A stretch of DNA of 248,000 nucleotides from Wallemia ichthyophaga EXF-994 (lineage: Eukaryota > Fungi > Basidiomycota). The DNA is taken from contig NW_008806276.1 of the NCBI RefSeq assembly GCF_000400465.1, forward strand, positions 20,001-268,000. Reading direction: 5' to 3'. Of this stretch, positions 160,225 to 173,207 are shown piece by piece (the stretch's first letter is position 1; every line of letters starts with the position of its first letter). The position numbers were made by a program, and so were the translations under genes. Under the pieces are notes generated by a model, which saw only the letters and a program-made list of their open reading frames with translations, did not search any database and was not told the origin of the DNA.

Positions 160225-161771
160225 TTGCGAGTATCCACCAAGATGGGACTGATGGAATTAAAATTAGAGGATAAGGATAAGCAATCATCGAAGATTGTTG
160301 CAGAAGACACAAGGGTTGTCATCCGAACTCCAAAGGCCAACACTACGAAGAAGGCAAGCAGAAGTTGTAAAAGCTGTTTTAATAGAGGAAATTACGAGCC
160401 GATTGACTCAGTTGTGGGACATGAGACTCACCTCACCTATTACAGAATTGTCAGTTGCAGCATCAACATCGAAGGCTATGTGCACCTATCAGTCGTGTCT
160501 TCTCAACATGACAACAAGCTCATGAGCTTTGAGGGGAATCCATTGAATATGTCAATTGAGCAGGCGAGAGATTTCTTGCACGGATTGCGCGTTAAGGCTG
160601 GTGAGTTTGTCGCTGCCTTGTGTTGCCATGCTAATTAATAAAGGCATCCCTCGAGCAAGGAAGTTGAAGGTATTGGTCAATCCTGTAGGAGGCCAAGGAA
160701 ATGCAATCAGGTATTACAATGAAAGAGTCTTCCCTATTTTGAGATCATCTGGATGCACAGTAGATTTGCAAAGTAAGTTTATCAGATACTCATTCCGTTT
160801 CCTTCTAATAATCAAAAGTGCTGGAATACAAGTTACATGCTTTTGACATTGCTAAAGAAATGGATCTCTCTTATGACGCCATAGTCTGTGTTAGTGGAGA
160901 TGGTGCTGTACACGAAGTGCTAAACGGGTTCTTACACCACCAAAACCCAATCAAGGCAATACAAACACCACTTTGTCCAATCCCTGCTGGTTCTGGCAAC
161001 AGTCTGAGCTTGTGCTTGTTAGGTTTGGAGGAAGGGTTTGACATCAGCTTGGCAACACTCAACGCAATCAAAGGCCACGCCATGCCCTTGGATTTGTTCT
161101 CAATTATGCAAGGCAACAAGCGCACATTATCGTATCTCACTCAAGCCACTGGTTTAATGGCAGATTTAGATATCGGTACTGAGGATATGAGATGGCTGGG
161201 CGATACACGATTCGTAATTGGTTACGTGCGCTCTCTTGTCAGAAATGCGCCATGCCCCTGCGAAATCTACATCAAGGTAGAGCACGATGACAAAAATCAA
161301 ATGGTCAATTGGGTACGCGAAAGACATTTGGACACACCGGTTCCTGTACCTCAGTATACGGGAAGTGAGTTACCAAAAGTACAGTATCCAAATGGTCCTG
161401 AATTTGATTGGGAAAAGGTCTCCGATGACATCTCCTACCTATATGCTGGACAGGTGCCCTGGGTTAGCAGGGACTTGAAACAATTTCCCGTTTCCATGCC
161501 AAACGACGGCTTCATAGATGTTGCCGTTCAGCTGAATGTCTCACGTATGCAAAAGATAAAGGCTATGGATGGTGCCGAGAACGGTGCTATGTTCTTTGAC
161601 GATTCATTAAAGTACTACAAAGCTAAAGCTTATCACTTCAAACCATTACAAACCGATGGATATATCTCAATCGACGGAGAAAGTGCACCAATCCTGCCAT
161701 TCACAGTAGAAATAATGCCCAGCTTAGCAAGAGTATTATCCCCATATTATACCTGGAACAACCAATTTTAA
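160225..161771 (+). CDS. Sphingoid long-chain base kinase, paralog 2
   Basis: LVNPVGGQG, SGDGAVHEVLNG, PAGSGNS. Confidence 0.9.
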
Positions 161772-161957
161772 AACAGACAAGGACGATTAGAATCAAGAAC
161801 AATTTCGTGTAATTTTTTGACAACAAATTAAGCATTAAAAGTAAGTTGTGTGATCGGCATAAGTGATAAATAAAAATGAGTCATTGAAATCATAAGAAGC
161901 GAGTGAAATGATTGAGTAAAATGGGTAGAAAGAAGTGATTAGATTGAGCGATGTAAG

Positions 161958-164900
161958 TTAGTCCCGTTCTTTGTTTAATGAGCTTCGACTAAAGTTGGCA
162001 AATTTAGACGACTTGCTTGGTTTCTTAGAGGTGACTGATTGATTATCGCCCGGATCGAGACTTTCACGATTCCTCACTGAGGAAGTCGATGGTCTACCTT
162101 CATTAGGTGACCATTGTAGCCTGACTGTGACATAACCGTTACCTCCAAGCAATTCAATATCAAATTCAGCTGCTTGAGTTGTTAGCAAGATATTTTTGTT
162201 CACACAAAATATAACACCCACCTGAAGTTTCGTTCTTCTCTGGATGAATGTATTGGCCAATCATGATATTATTGTAGCCAATTTGACGATCACCGAAGAG
162301 ATGCTTGTCAACAATCTCTACACTAAACGTTGGCTTTTCAGGTTTAGTGTGCAAAAGGAAAGTTTCATCGAAAGAAGGTTCGGAACTCTTAGAGAGTGCC
162401 TTTCCTTCGATCTTGTATCTTCCCATTCTCAACACAGGTCTGGCTTTAGGCAACTCACGACCTTCTCCTTTAAGATCCCATGCTCTGACGACAGTTACAT
162501 TCAAATCACCTGAGTCGACTTTCGATGCAGGTCTATCGCGCTGAGCATCTGACATCAATTCTCTGGGAGCATCCGCTTCGTCATCTACGAAACCTTCGCT
162601 TCCAGTAGAGGAAGGCTTTTTGGAGAAGCCGAAAATTTGACCAGCCTTGCCGAAAACGCCGCCGACATTATTGCCGATGAAGCCAGCGCCTGAGATGGCG
162701 CCCTTGCCGATATGACCGGCACCATGGGCGACTCCCTTTCCAGCTCCAATACCAATACCGCCGACCTGCGTGAGAGCTCTGCCAGCTTGGCTGAAAGTCG
162801 AAGTGCGCGCACGCGTCTTGACGATGAATGAGGGTTTGAAGACGTAACTGACTTTGATCGTGCCCTGGTCACCGCTTTCGCCATCTTTGAGATCGTAAGT
162901 GAATTCAGTCGACTCGAGTGGCTCGAATGCAGTCAAGTCCACCTTGGCAACACCGAGTAAATCGGCTGCTGACAACCTGTCCCAGTCATAAACTTCAATC
163001 GTGAAGTTTCCATCGACTCTGTTAGGAACCTGGACTTCGAAGAATTCTTCCCACTCTGGATGCAACGTTTTCTTCTTCGTTTCAGTCTTGTATACTCTCT
163101 CGCCGTTGAGGAGAAAAACGGCGTATGGATCAGATTTACCATTGCGATCTGCACTTGCAAGCCCCTTGGCATTGTGGACTTCGACTCTGAGATTGCCCTG
163201 GTTGTTGACAGACTCTCTGAGACTGAGGTCGATATCAACGGGGATGTACTTAGACAAAACCTTCACCTTGGACTGATTATCGCCTGCATCTGATAGAGTA
163301 AATTCTGCCTCTTTGTTGAGCGTGCGGTAGAAAAATTCTCTCATATCCATGCTTGTCTCAGCGTAAACCTGATCATCCTCTTCTTGTGAACCTGTGTTCA
163401 ATCTAATTCTCAGCTGTGAGAATGAAAGCTCGCGGACCATAGCTTCTCCAATGAAATTCCAGTTGGCGTTCTTCGAACGCGCCTTCTCGGTGGTGATCGA
163501 AGGCCAGATTGCGTCGTCAATGAGGAACTCAAGTCGCGTGTTCCTCTGTGCCACCTGTCCTGTATCGCACTTGACAACTATGATTCCCGACTCTAGATAG
163601 TGTTTTGGTGAGATACTAATCAGCATAAATTATTTAACTCACCTCTTTCAAGTAACTCATCTTCATTTAATTCCAAACCAGCACTTTCCTCTTCTTCGGC
163701 AGATGATTTTTCTTTACCCTTTTCATCGCTCTCTCCGTCAATGTTCTCTTCCTTGGCATTCTCTTCCTCCTCCTTCTTGTCTTCTTCCTCTTTCTTCTTT
163801 ACATCTTCCGCAGACTCGAAGGTACTTCCCTTAATCTTCCAAGCAGGGACAAAGTCAGCCTCGAATTCTAGTTCACCCTTATAACCACCCTTGTCAAGCT
163901 TCATAGGAGACGTACGTCTATTTACTCCAGTAGCCATGTATGGTTTGTTCTTTCTCTCGTTCTCATCATCGTTGGGTCTGATAATATCTCTAGCTCTAAG
164001 AGTTGTGTGTCCCAATGGTCTGTCTTTGCCCTGGCTCTGGTAGTCGGCAGCTTCCAAGTAAACGATATCTCTGAGAGAGTGGATCGGTATGTAGAGAACC
164101 TCATTCCATACAGGATTGAGGTTATTATCGATAATATTCGTTCTAGCTTGCACTCTACCAGCGATAATGGCCTTAACGTAAGGATCACTTTTACCGCCGA
164201 AAGCGATCTCAACGTTCTTCAGGTCGTTTGCACGCTTGCAGAAGACTCTCAACAGTCCGATAGGTGGAGTGTACTGGCCTGCTACATCCAGCGCATCATC
164301 CATAGCCACTGACTTGAACGACGCGGACATTCTGATTTTACCACCGTCTTTAGCCAAATCAAACCACTTTCCTTCCTTCTCATTGGTCTCAAGCAAATCA
164401 CTGACATTGACATTGACATGCGCGATTGGGATTGACGCCTTGAAGTTGTGCGCGTGATACACCTTGACTTTCAAACTCGTCTTGTCTTTGTTGGTGACGA
164501 GAAATTCGCCGTGGGAGTCCCATTCAGGCGAATTTGTACCTCTGATCATTTTTGTTTGCTGGACTTGCTTATTTTTCAAGTAAACGCTGGCGGAAGGGTT
164601 TACACGACCAACCTTGGACGCATCTGTGTTGAGATCCTTGGCTTCGTGGATGTATAGTCTGACAACACCAGTTGGGAGATCTGGAACAGCTTCAAGTGAG
164701 TCTCCTTCCTTTGGTGGCTCCATGACTGGGTAGTAGCTCAGATCAAATATGATATCACCTTTTTCTCTACCATTATTGTAGAGCTTTGTCATGACATGTT
164801 CTTGCAAAGGATCATCGGCTAGGGATTGGATGTTGTATGTGGCTAAACCAATGTCTGAGTCTTTGCGATAATCATTGTAATCATAAACGTTAAGTACCAG

Positions 164901-166722
164901 CTGGTCGTTGAGAGAGTTGACGAGTAAATACTTTGTTTCCATCCAGAATGGGTTGTTGGTAGACTTATGAATCGTTGTTTTGTCGTTTATTGTCTTGGAG
165001 TTACCAAGTCTGACGGTAGTGTATGGATTTGGTTCACCACCACCGACTTTGATGGAACGCAGACCTCTAGCTTGACGAAGAGTGAGTACCAATACACCGC
165101 ATGCGGAATCGAGAGCACCGCCAGCGAGAATTTCTTGCAAGTTGATTGTAAAGACGTTAGGATCGAAAATAAGTGGTTGCATCATGTTAAATATCTGTTC
165201 TCTGATAAAGGTGGTCAAACCAGGAATGTAGTTGACATCCAAGCCAGAGTGTTCACCACCGATTGGTATGGCCATGTAGTCGAATTCAGGTTTTTCGATG
165301 AATGACAGATCAACCAATTTGATGTGAGGGAAGTCATTAATCAGGGTAAGATTGACTCTTATGTTACCAGTAAAGCTAAATTCCTTGAGCACAACAGGCA
165401 GACTGACTGAGTATTTACCTTTACCGATAACGGCTTGTAGGACAATCTTTGGGTTGACAGTGCCTTCTGTCTGACCTTCTCCGAGTGCACCCAAGTCTGC
165501 TGGTGTAAATGAAACGTGCCAATCCATGGTGATTTGGTTGTCGGCGGTCGATGGCCATGTTCTGACCTTGAGAATGCGCGGCGCTTTGCTACCAAGGGTG
165601 AGATAACGAAGTCTCGCAGACCTTACGAATCCAGGCTTGCGCTCAGCTATTATAGGCTCAACACTGTTGATAGCTTTTTCACAGATGTATGGCTCGAGGT
165701 GCTCCCAGAAGTTGATTAGTAGATTGTTGACCCAGTCAGCTGACTGAGCCTCTGTTGCAAGTGGAGGTTTCATCAGTTGCCTGGAAATTCCCTCTCTGAC
165801 TTCGTGATCAACTTTTGAGATACTAATATTGTAATAAGTAACAGCAGCTACTGCAACGACAGCCTGTGGGCCCAGGCTGAAGTTGAAGTAGGCAAGAATG
165901 TAAGTGAGTATAGAAGAGACTAAAACGACAGCAGCGTTGTGAAACCATTGTCCATAGAACTTTTCGGGAAGCAAAGTGGAAGTACCATCATCATCATCGA
166001 CACCGTTGAGTTCAACAGAATGAGCGCCTAAGCTGTCTGGGATTTCTTTATCCCTCATGTACCATTTTGGGAGGGAAGTAGAAGGTAACTCATCTGTGGA
166101 GCTGGACAAGTTACCAGGAATATCTTCAACAGCGTAGATAGGACCAGATTCGAAAGCAGCTTCGCCTTCTTTTTTTGTGCTTTGCTGAGGAGTTGACTTC
166201 TGCTGAACTGCAGGAACTTTTGAAGGTTTTGGCTTTGCTGGAGAGTATGTGAGTGTAGGAGAGGGAGATTGTTGGAGACATACGTGGCTCTTCTTTTGGA
166301 GTTGAAGGCTTTGGAAGGTTATCTCCTTCTACACCATAATTTTGATCATTCTTTTGCTCCTCAAGTAATTCAGCTTCTTTGTTGGTTGTGGATTCGTTTG
166401 GATCGAAAGAGTGAACAGGCGCATGCTTTGCAGCCTTCTTAAAGAGAGCTTTAACTTCATTTTCGTTAACGTGGTCGCTATCTTCCCGAGAAATACCAAA
166501 TCTAGGTACAGGAATCGGACCGAATTTCTTCCAAGAAAAACCGGATTTATCAGGTTTATCAGATTTATCATTTGACTTGTTGTTACTGTCATTTGGGATT
166601 TGTGGAACTGGAGGGACATCTTCTTGATGCTGTGGCTGTGGCTGAGGGGCTTTAGAGGATGCGATTGAAGAGGTCCTCGATCTACGCTTGAAAATACCTG
166701 AAGACCGCCTTGAATCTGACAT
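161958..166722 (-). CDS. Tricalbin (SMP plus multiple C2 domains)
   Basis: TM hairpin, SMP domain (LGSKAPRI), C2 domains (NGKSDPY). Confidence 0.9.
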
Positions 166723-166895
166723 GTGCTGCTGCGAATGGGGGAATTACGTCGTGGGTGAAATTCAAGGGAAGAAACTGGGAAATTTGGGAGAAAGATGAAT
166801 AAAAAGATATACATTGAGTAATTAAATAATTAATATAATTGATATATCGGGTTGAATACTGTTAATTACACACAGCCAACAACCGTTACAACAGA

Positions 166896-167701
166896 ATGAG
166901 TGAGAATCAAAAGCCAGTACAAGTGAAGCTCGTCCTTCTTGGGGAAGCAGCCGTTGGAAAATCATCCGTCGTTCTGAGGTTCGTTCAAAATGATTTCCAG
167001 GAGTACAAAGAGCCTACGATTGGTGCAGCATTCTTGAGTGGGTGGGGAGTTTAATAATAACTAATTTAACATCAATAAACAGCCCAAAAGTGTAGATTAG
167101 AGGATAAAGTGATTAAATTTGAGATATGGGATACTGCTGGTCAGGAAAGGTTTAGGAGTTTGGCACCAATGTGGGTTTTGAGATGCTTTCAATAAAATCC
167201 ACTTAGAATACTCTCAGGTACTACCGTAACGCTCTCTCTGCTGTAGTCGTTTACGATATAACTTCATCATCCAGCTTCGACAAGGCAAAGAGTTGGGTTA
167301 AGGAACTCCAACGACAGGCCTCTCCAAATGTCATTATAGCCCTTGTCGGTAACAAGCTTGACTTGGTTGAGAAATCTGAGGAGAATGAGGATTATTTAGA
167401 TGACGTAGCATCATTCGATCAAAACGCAGTCTCAGAACCAAGCCAAACTCATTCAAGGGCCATCTCACGTGATGAAGCTCAAGCTTACGCTGAAGAGAGC
167501 AATCTTCTCTTCTTTGAAACATCCGCAAAGACTAGTGAAGGCGTTGTTGAAGTTTTTACTGAAATTGCAAAGAAGATTCCACATGAGCAGATCCTCAATT
167601 CCACTAAATCCAGAGCCCAGGATCAATCACAGCAGAACAACGTAAGCCTCAACTCAACCGAGAACCAACCAAAGCAAGTCGGAGACAATTGTGCCTGTTG
167701 A
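166896..167701 (+). CDS. Rab5-family GTPase (Vps21/Ypt5)
   Basis: [24 protein letters not shown]-terminal CAC. Confidence 0.93.
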
Positions 167702-167835
167702 GTACCCTTTTCTTAATTATACCAGACACATAAATCGCTTTTTGATGAATATTTTGATTTTTAACAATCGAGTGGGGTGAACTGAGCTGAGAATTCCCCT
167801 ACGAAACAACCACCAACTCAACGAATCAACGAAAA

Positions 167836-168831
167836 ATGGCACCTGTTGAAGGAAAGAAAGGCTTTTCATGGTCAAACATCGCTGTAGGTAGCGTAATGAA
167901 CATGTTTGAAGGTTAGTATTTTGTCTCCTTCCTGTTTGCTATAAGTATCTTACAAACATAAGTATCTACACTTGGTCAGCCACTTGAAGTTTGTAAGACT
168001 ACTCTCTCCGCTCAAAGATCCTTGTCCATGCGTCAAGCCATTTCTCTCATTTACTCGCGTGGTGGTCTCGCTGGTTTCTATCAAGGTCTGATACCATGGG
168101 TGAGTCCTTCTTGAGACACCTTCTACCCATCTCTTTGACACCGTAACCAGGCCTGGATCGAAGCTTCTACAAAAGGCGCCGTTCTTCTTTTCACCGCCGC
168201 TGAAATTGAAAAATACTCCGTTACTGCCGGGATAAGTCCTGCTGCCGCCGGTTTACTCGGTGGTATGGGTGGTGGTATCGCTCAAGCATACGCTACTATG
168301 GGTTTCTGCACCTGTATGAAGACTGCTGAAATTACAAGACACAAGGAGGCCGCATCAGGCATCACCCCTCCATCAACCTGGAAAGTCTTTGGTGATATCT
168401 ACAAAGCTGAGGGTATTGCCGGTATCAACAAAGGTGTCAACGCTGTCGCTCTCCGTCAAATGACCAACTGGGGTTCAAGAATGGGTTTTGCTCGTCTCTC
168501 AGAGAGTCTCATTAGAAAGGCTAGGGGTAAGACAGATGGTGAAAAGCTCAACTTGGCAGACAAGGTCGCTTCTGCTACCTTTGGTGGTGCACTCGCTACT
168601 TGGAATCAACCAATCGAGGTTGTTAGAGTTGAGATGCAATCTATGAGCAAGAGCGCTGACGTCGCCAACAAGCCAAACGGCGTCTTCGGTACTCTCGGCT
168701 ACATCTACAAGGAGAACGGTGTCAAGGGCCTATACCGCGGTGTCACCCCTAGAATCGGTCTCGGTGTTTGGCAAACTATCTGTATGGTTACTTTTAGTGA
168801 TATGGTCCGCGAAGCTCTCGGTGCCAAGTAA
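167836..168831 (+). CDS. YHM2: Mitochondrial carrier Yhm2-like
   Basis: [34 protein letters not shown]. Confidence 0.88.
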
Positions 168832-169291
168832 GCCAAGCAAAGCACTTATATCATTCTGTCATTACTTAAAATGTCGTTGTTGTCGTAGGAAATATCATAA
168901 AAGCATGTCATAAACTTTTTTCATTGAATCCATATCGTTGTCATAAAATTCTGTTGCGAGGACAGTTTCTGTCACGATTTACCTTTCGCGTACCTCTCAC
169001 AAATTCAGCGGTGCTAAATTTTTCACTATGCTAAAATTCGATTCAAGAGTACGTAAATCAGCGTTCTTGTAATAGATATGCAACATACAATAAAAAAATC
169101 TCACTACGCCAGAGAAGATCTGAACTAGCTCACATTCCTAACTGCGGTTTTTTTATCAACACATTTCCCCTATTCGCGCTGAATATCACGCTAAATTAAT
169201 AAAGATTGTAAAGTTAGTGCGGAATGAGTAGAGTATAAATACCTACCGCCTACCTTCCTTCTTTCCACACAACTCATCTCCAATCTTTACA

Positions 169292-169760
169292 ATGATCGCT
169301 CAAACCATTTTCGCTACCGCCCTCATCGCCTCTGTTTCGGCCGGATGGGAAGACAAGAGCAAGATTGGCTCATGTAACACCGGCAAAGTTTCATGCTGTA
169401 AGTTTGGGAGATGTTTAGCTTGACACCATCTCACACCGCCAAGGCGACTTGAACAAGAAGGCTCAATCTAGCACCGGCAAGGATGACTCTCTCATCTCCA
169501 CTGGTGACATTGCTTCTCAAATCGGTGTTCAGTGTGACCAAGTCCCTCTCCTTATCGGTGTTGCATTGCAAGGTTTGTACCTTTTCGTCACCTTGAACAA
169601 TGCTAACAAAACGCTAGATGAATGTAAAAACACCCCAGTCTGTTGCGAGGACATGGAATCAGATGGTCTCATTGGTTTGGGTGCGTTGACGCGTTTGCCG
169701 TGATACCTTTTGCATTGCTAACTTGACACTTCAGGCTGTACCCCTCTCCCAATCATTTAA
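169292..169760 (+). CDS. Class I hydrophobin, paralog of 73587-74036
   Basis: MIAQTIFATALIASVSAG, SCNTGKVSCC, ECKNTPVCC, GCTP; same three intron positions. Confidence 0.88.
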
Positions 169761-169967
169761 GCTGGCGCTTTTAACCTCCTACAAACTGTTTAGCTTTTGT
169801 AATACTACTATTAATCTCGGGTTTTAGACGTTCTCTGAGAGTGAGGATCAGTCTTTTCAAAGACTCAGTATCTTCACAAAAATTTTAATCTAGGCTTAGT
169901 ATACAAGTAGAACTATGGAAAGAAGCTGTTTAAAAATTGGTGCAAACATCAAAAAGCAAAACTTTAA

Positions 169968-170044
169968 CCGTAGTCGAATACTCTACCATTGAGCCAGCCG
170001 GCCGCAGTGACCGACGCAGGGCTCGAAACCTGCAACCTTTCGAT
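169968..170044 (-). tRNA. Candidate circularly permuted tRNA-Arg(ACG): 3' half (170044-170008), 4-nt spacer, 5' half (170003-169968)
   Basis: The halves pair into a full cloverleaf (GGCCGGC/GTCGGTC, GCTC/GAGT, TTCGA/TCGAA, GCAGG/CCTGC); body closely resembles the tRNA-Arg(TCT) genes in this window; T-loop has one extra T. Confidence 0.75.
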
Positions 170045-170126
170045 ATCAGCTTCTCCCATTGAGATATTTCGAACTGAGAGAGTACTGTTGAGCTTATGTG
170101 CTGATTCTGTTACACGCAAAGAATAA

Positions 170127-170795
170127 ATGCAAAAATTTTACAAAACATTCAATTCCCATTGTATCCCAGGAGATGTGGATATCTACGGCAACGAACTAGC
170201 AGACACCGCTAACGATGGTAGAACACTGCCGATCCACAGGACTATGTGGTGTCACCTAACACTTAAAACTTCATACTCAGCAATGCGAAGCAGAATGCGC
170301 GAGCGCTATACAGCACCACTAAAAGTAGATGCCTCCAAAATATCAGACATTAAGTTCAACGCCGCAAAAACATCAGCTGGAAGGCTGACAGCAGCAAAAA
170401 CGGCCAAGATACTCAATGAACTGCCCAGAGCAACGAGATGCCTAACCACCCAGCTACGCTCGGGGCATTTACCTGCGACTAAGTCCTACCTTAAACGTTT
170501 CCGACTGATTGATTCACCTAAATGCAGTGCGTGTGGCACAGAGGACACCATCTCGCATAGAATCTTCTGCAAAAGACATATAATGGCCAGAATCACATTA
170601 AGAAAAAATATTACCAAGATCAATATTCGGTTCGAATTAGTTCCAATACTCAGAAACGCACATTCTCTACGAGCCCTTTACGAGTTCTTCAAACTGCAAT
170701 TGACTACGTACCAAAGATATTCCAGTGGTTCAGCGCAATTGAGAACCAATAACAATTTACAAATTACGACGCTAAACGAGAAACGCCTCCAGTAA
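170127..170795 (+). mobile_element. 5'-truncated non-LTR retrotransposon (LINE) remnant: end of RNase H plus Cys/His finger
   Basis: IPGDVDIYGNELAD, QLRSGHLP, SPKCSACG..DTISHRIFC; no RT domain. Confidence 0.7.
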
Positions 170796-171279
170796 ATTCG
170801 GCGCCCCCTTTGACTCCTCATTCTTTAAGAAGTATTGTTAGAGGCAGTCTAAACATTTATCGTGTTAACAATATATTCAGGTCAATTTTAGACTAAGACA
170901 CCAGAGAGTGTCATGGAAGTAAGAAATTTATCTTAAATGTATCAATAAAGACCCATTATTTTTTTATAAACCTCTAAAGCCCAGCGAGAGTGGCAAATAT
171001 TTCATTTACTGCCGTGGGATTTCTCTCGAGTGACGAGGAGGGCTTTGTGAGAATCTTGTAAATAGTCTCAACCTTAGCAATTTACATCCTGCTAAATTGA
171101 AATACAAGTTATCATCTCATACGCGTGGAATTGATTGCGTTATCTAAGGCAATGACGAAAGCAGGCGTAGGTTGTTGCAATAATAATTGGCCGCACTTGT
171201 ATATTCTTCAAATAAATCACTTTAATCTATTCCTTTCAAATTATTTTGAAAATTGCATCTTCTTTCTCCCAAACCACCA

Positions 171280-172223
171280 ATGAGCATTTTCTTCAGATTG
171301 CTTGACCTCCCAGTAGAGCTGGTAATGATGATCATAGAGAATTTTGAACACAAAGAAAGACTAGAAGTATTGTCAACTTGCCGACTGATCCGGAAGATGG
171401 ATGAAAAATACATTTACTCGAGCTTAAAAACACCAAATGTCCGCCTATACATCGAGACTGGAATTGACGGCTACGAGATGTGCTCATTAACCAGGGACAC
171501 ATTTGAGAATAGCATCGCTGTCTTGAATGGCATCGCAGCGGACGAGAATCACAGAAAGCTCGTCAAGTGAGCTGAGAGCCTGCTCATATGACAGTGCTAA
171601 CAGTGCTGAATCTTTACAGATCACTCAAACTGACCGCTTACTGCAATTCCTTGCTATCTAGATCGGATATCTATTGGCTGTCAAAAGAATTGACGAGGAC
171701 CTTCGCTCGCCACTTTGACGAGCAACTGGAGTCTCTTACCTACATCAACACGTTCTACTGCGAGTTCGTCGAGAAAACACCATTCAACTTTCCAAATTTG
171801 AAAAAGCTGACGCTAGGAGAGTTGGGTGATAATTTCGCATTCGACAATTGGCTGATGAACGCCCCCAATCTGGAAAAATTGGACATTTTTTGCATGGAAT
171901 GGAGCTATGGTATGTTATCTCATCAAGATATTTGCAGCTCAAGCATCGAGAAGCTGGTTAAAAGGGAGTCTAATTTCCGTCTGAGGATATTTACTTTTGA
172001 GATGTGGCATGCGCCTGAAGATGCCAACGACAACGACAACGACAGGGAAGAGTCTTACGACGAGATTGATCATTGGCACAGTGACTTGATAAGGGCTATA
172101 GCGGGCGTGTCAGATTTCGATGATTTAATGCCTTACGTCGAAAGGTACAATGTTCGCGAGTACCAGATGATTCAAGGATCGCTCAAATTGAACAACTGCT
172201 ACCACGCCTTAGGTCATAGGTAG
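171280..172223 (+). CDS. F-box-like protein
   Basis: LLDLPVELVMMIIENF...LSTCRLI N-terminal motif; one intron; LRR-like LKKLTL. Confidence 0.65.
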
Positions 172224-172619
172224 GACCACATTCGATGTGCATGCTTAGCGTAGTATCTGATACCCATAAATCCTATTATATCATTTGTGCACACTTCTTG
172301 TAATGATAATGACAATTAACAGTTTAATACTCTTACTTTCGTTCGATGTGTGTTGTGAAATAGATAGATAGAATTCATAACATATAGTCAAAAGCATTAC
172401 AACGATTAATAATCTTCGCCTATCTATAATTCTTGTGCATTGAAAGCTGACGATTGTAGTGACTCATAGGGTTGTATTTCTTGGCATGTGTGCCGTAAAT
172501 GGAGAAGGAACTACGTGGAGCTACCGGAGGCGCGCGGGTGGGTGCTGAGCTGGTTTTTGAAGAATTTTTAGAGAGCTTTGAGAGCTTTTTCATTTGAAAG
172601 CATATATTTCATCTCGAAC

Positions 172620-173040
172620 CTACTCCAATCCATATATCCTCCTCCTCAACGATAATCTTGCTTGATCGATCTTCCTACATCTGAAAATCCTATGTTTGAT
172701 ACTGTCTACTTCATTGCACTTGCTGCAAAGTGGTGAGTCGGACATTTTGAATTGGTATCGGTAAGACTTGGCAACAGGGAAGTGGTTTGAGCGGATCTGT
172801 TTGGCCACACTTCGCGTACCACGGGGAAGCTTGTTGAGCATCCTTGCCGCCTGTGTAGAGGTCATTCTACCCATTGCTCTCTCTGCATCTTTTGACTTTG
172901 GTCCTGGTAAAATACATGCATCTACTCTCAAGAGAGCAGTGTGTCGCTCACGCAGGCGTCTACGGAAAGCGGAGAGAGCCGGCTTGAGAGTGAAGTCAAT
173001 GGAGATCAATAGTTTGTTTATCTCCGCACACCGCAGGTTA
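172620..173040 (-). mobile_element. Second LINE 3' remnant, paralogous to 170127-170795
   Basis: LNKLPR..QIRSNHFP..SPLCSKC..DSIKHRIFRC aligns with the first remnant. Confidence 0.7.
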
Positions 173041-173207
173041 GGTTAGTTTAGTGTGGCGTTTCCAGTATATATGATTTTTTTTAAATAACTGCTTATGAAA
173101 AGCCTCGGAATGAAAAGCGTTAAAAGCGTTTGCAGCATCTACCTAGAATTACGTTGAGTTATAGCAACTTTTTGATACATTAGTTTCAATAAGTTGCTAT
173201 TGTCATC

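Noticed and set aside
169900-170130. Reading the Arg(ACG) halves as ends of two ordinary adjacent intron-containing tRNAs
   Set aside because: No 3' half follows the 5' half and no 5' half precedes the 3' half; the two present halves complement each other in every stem.
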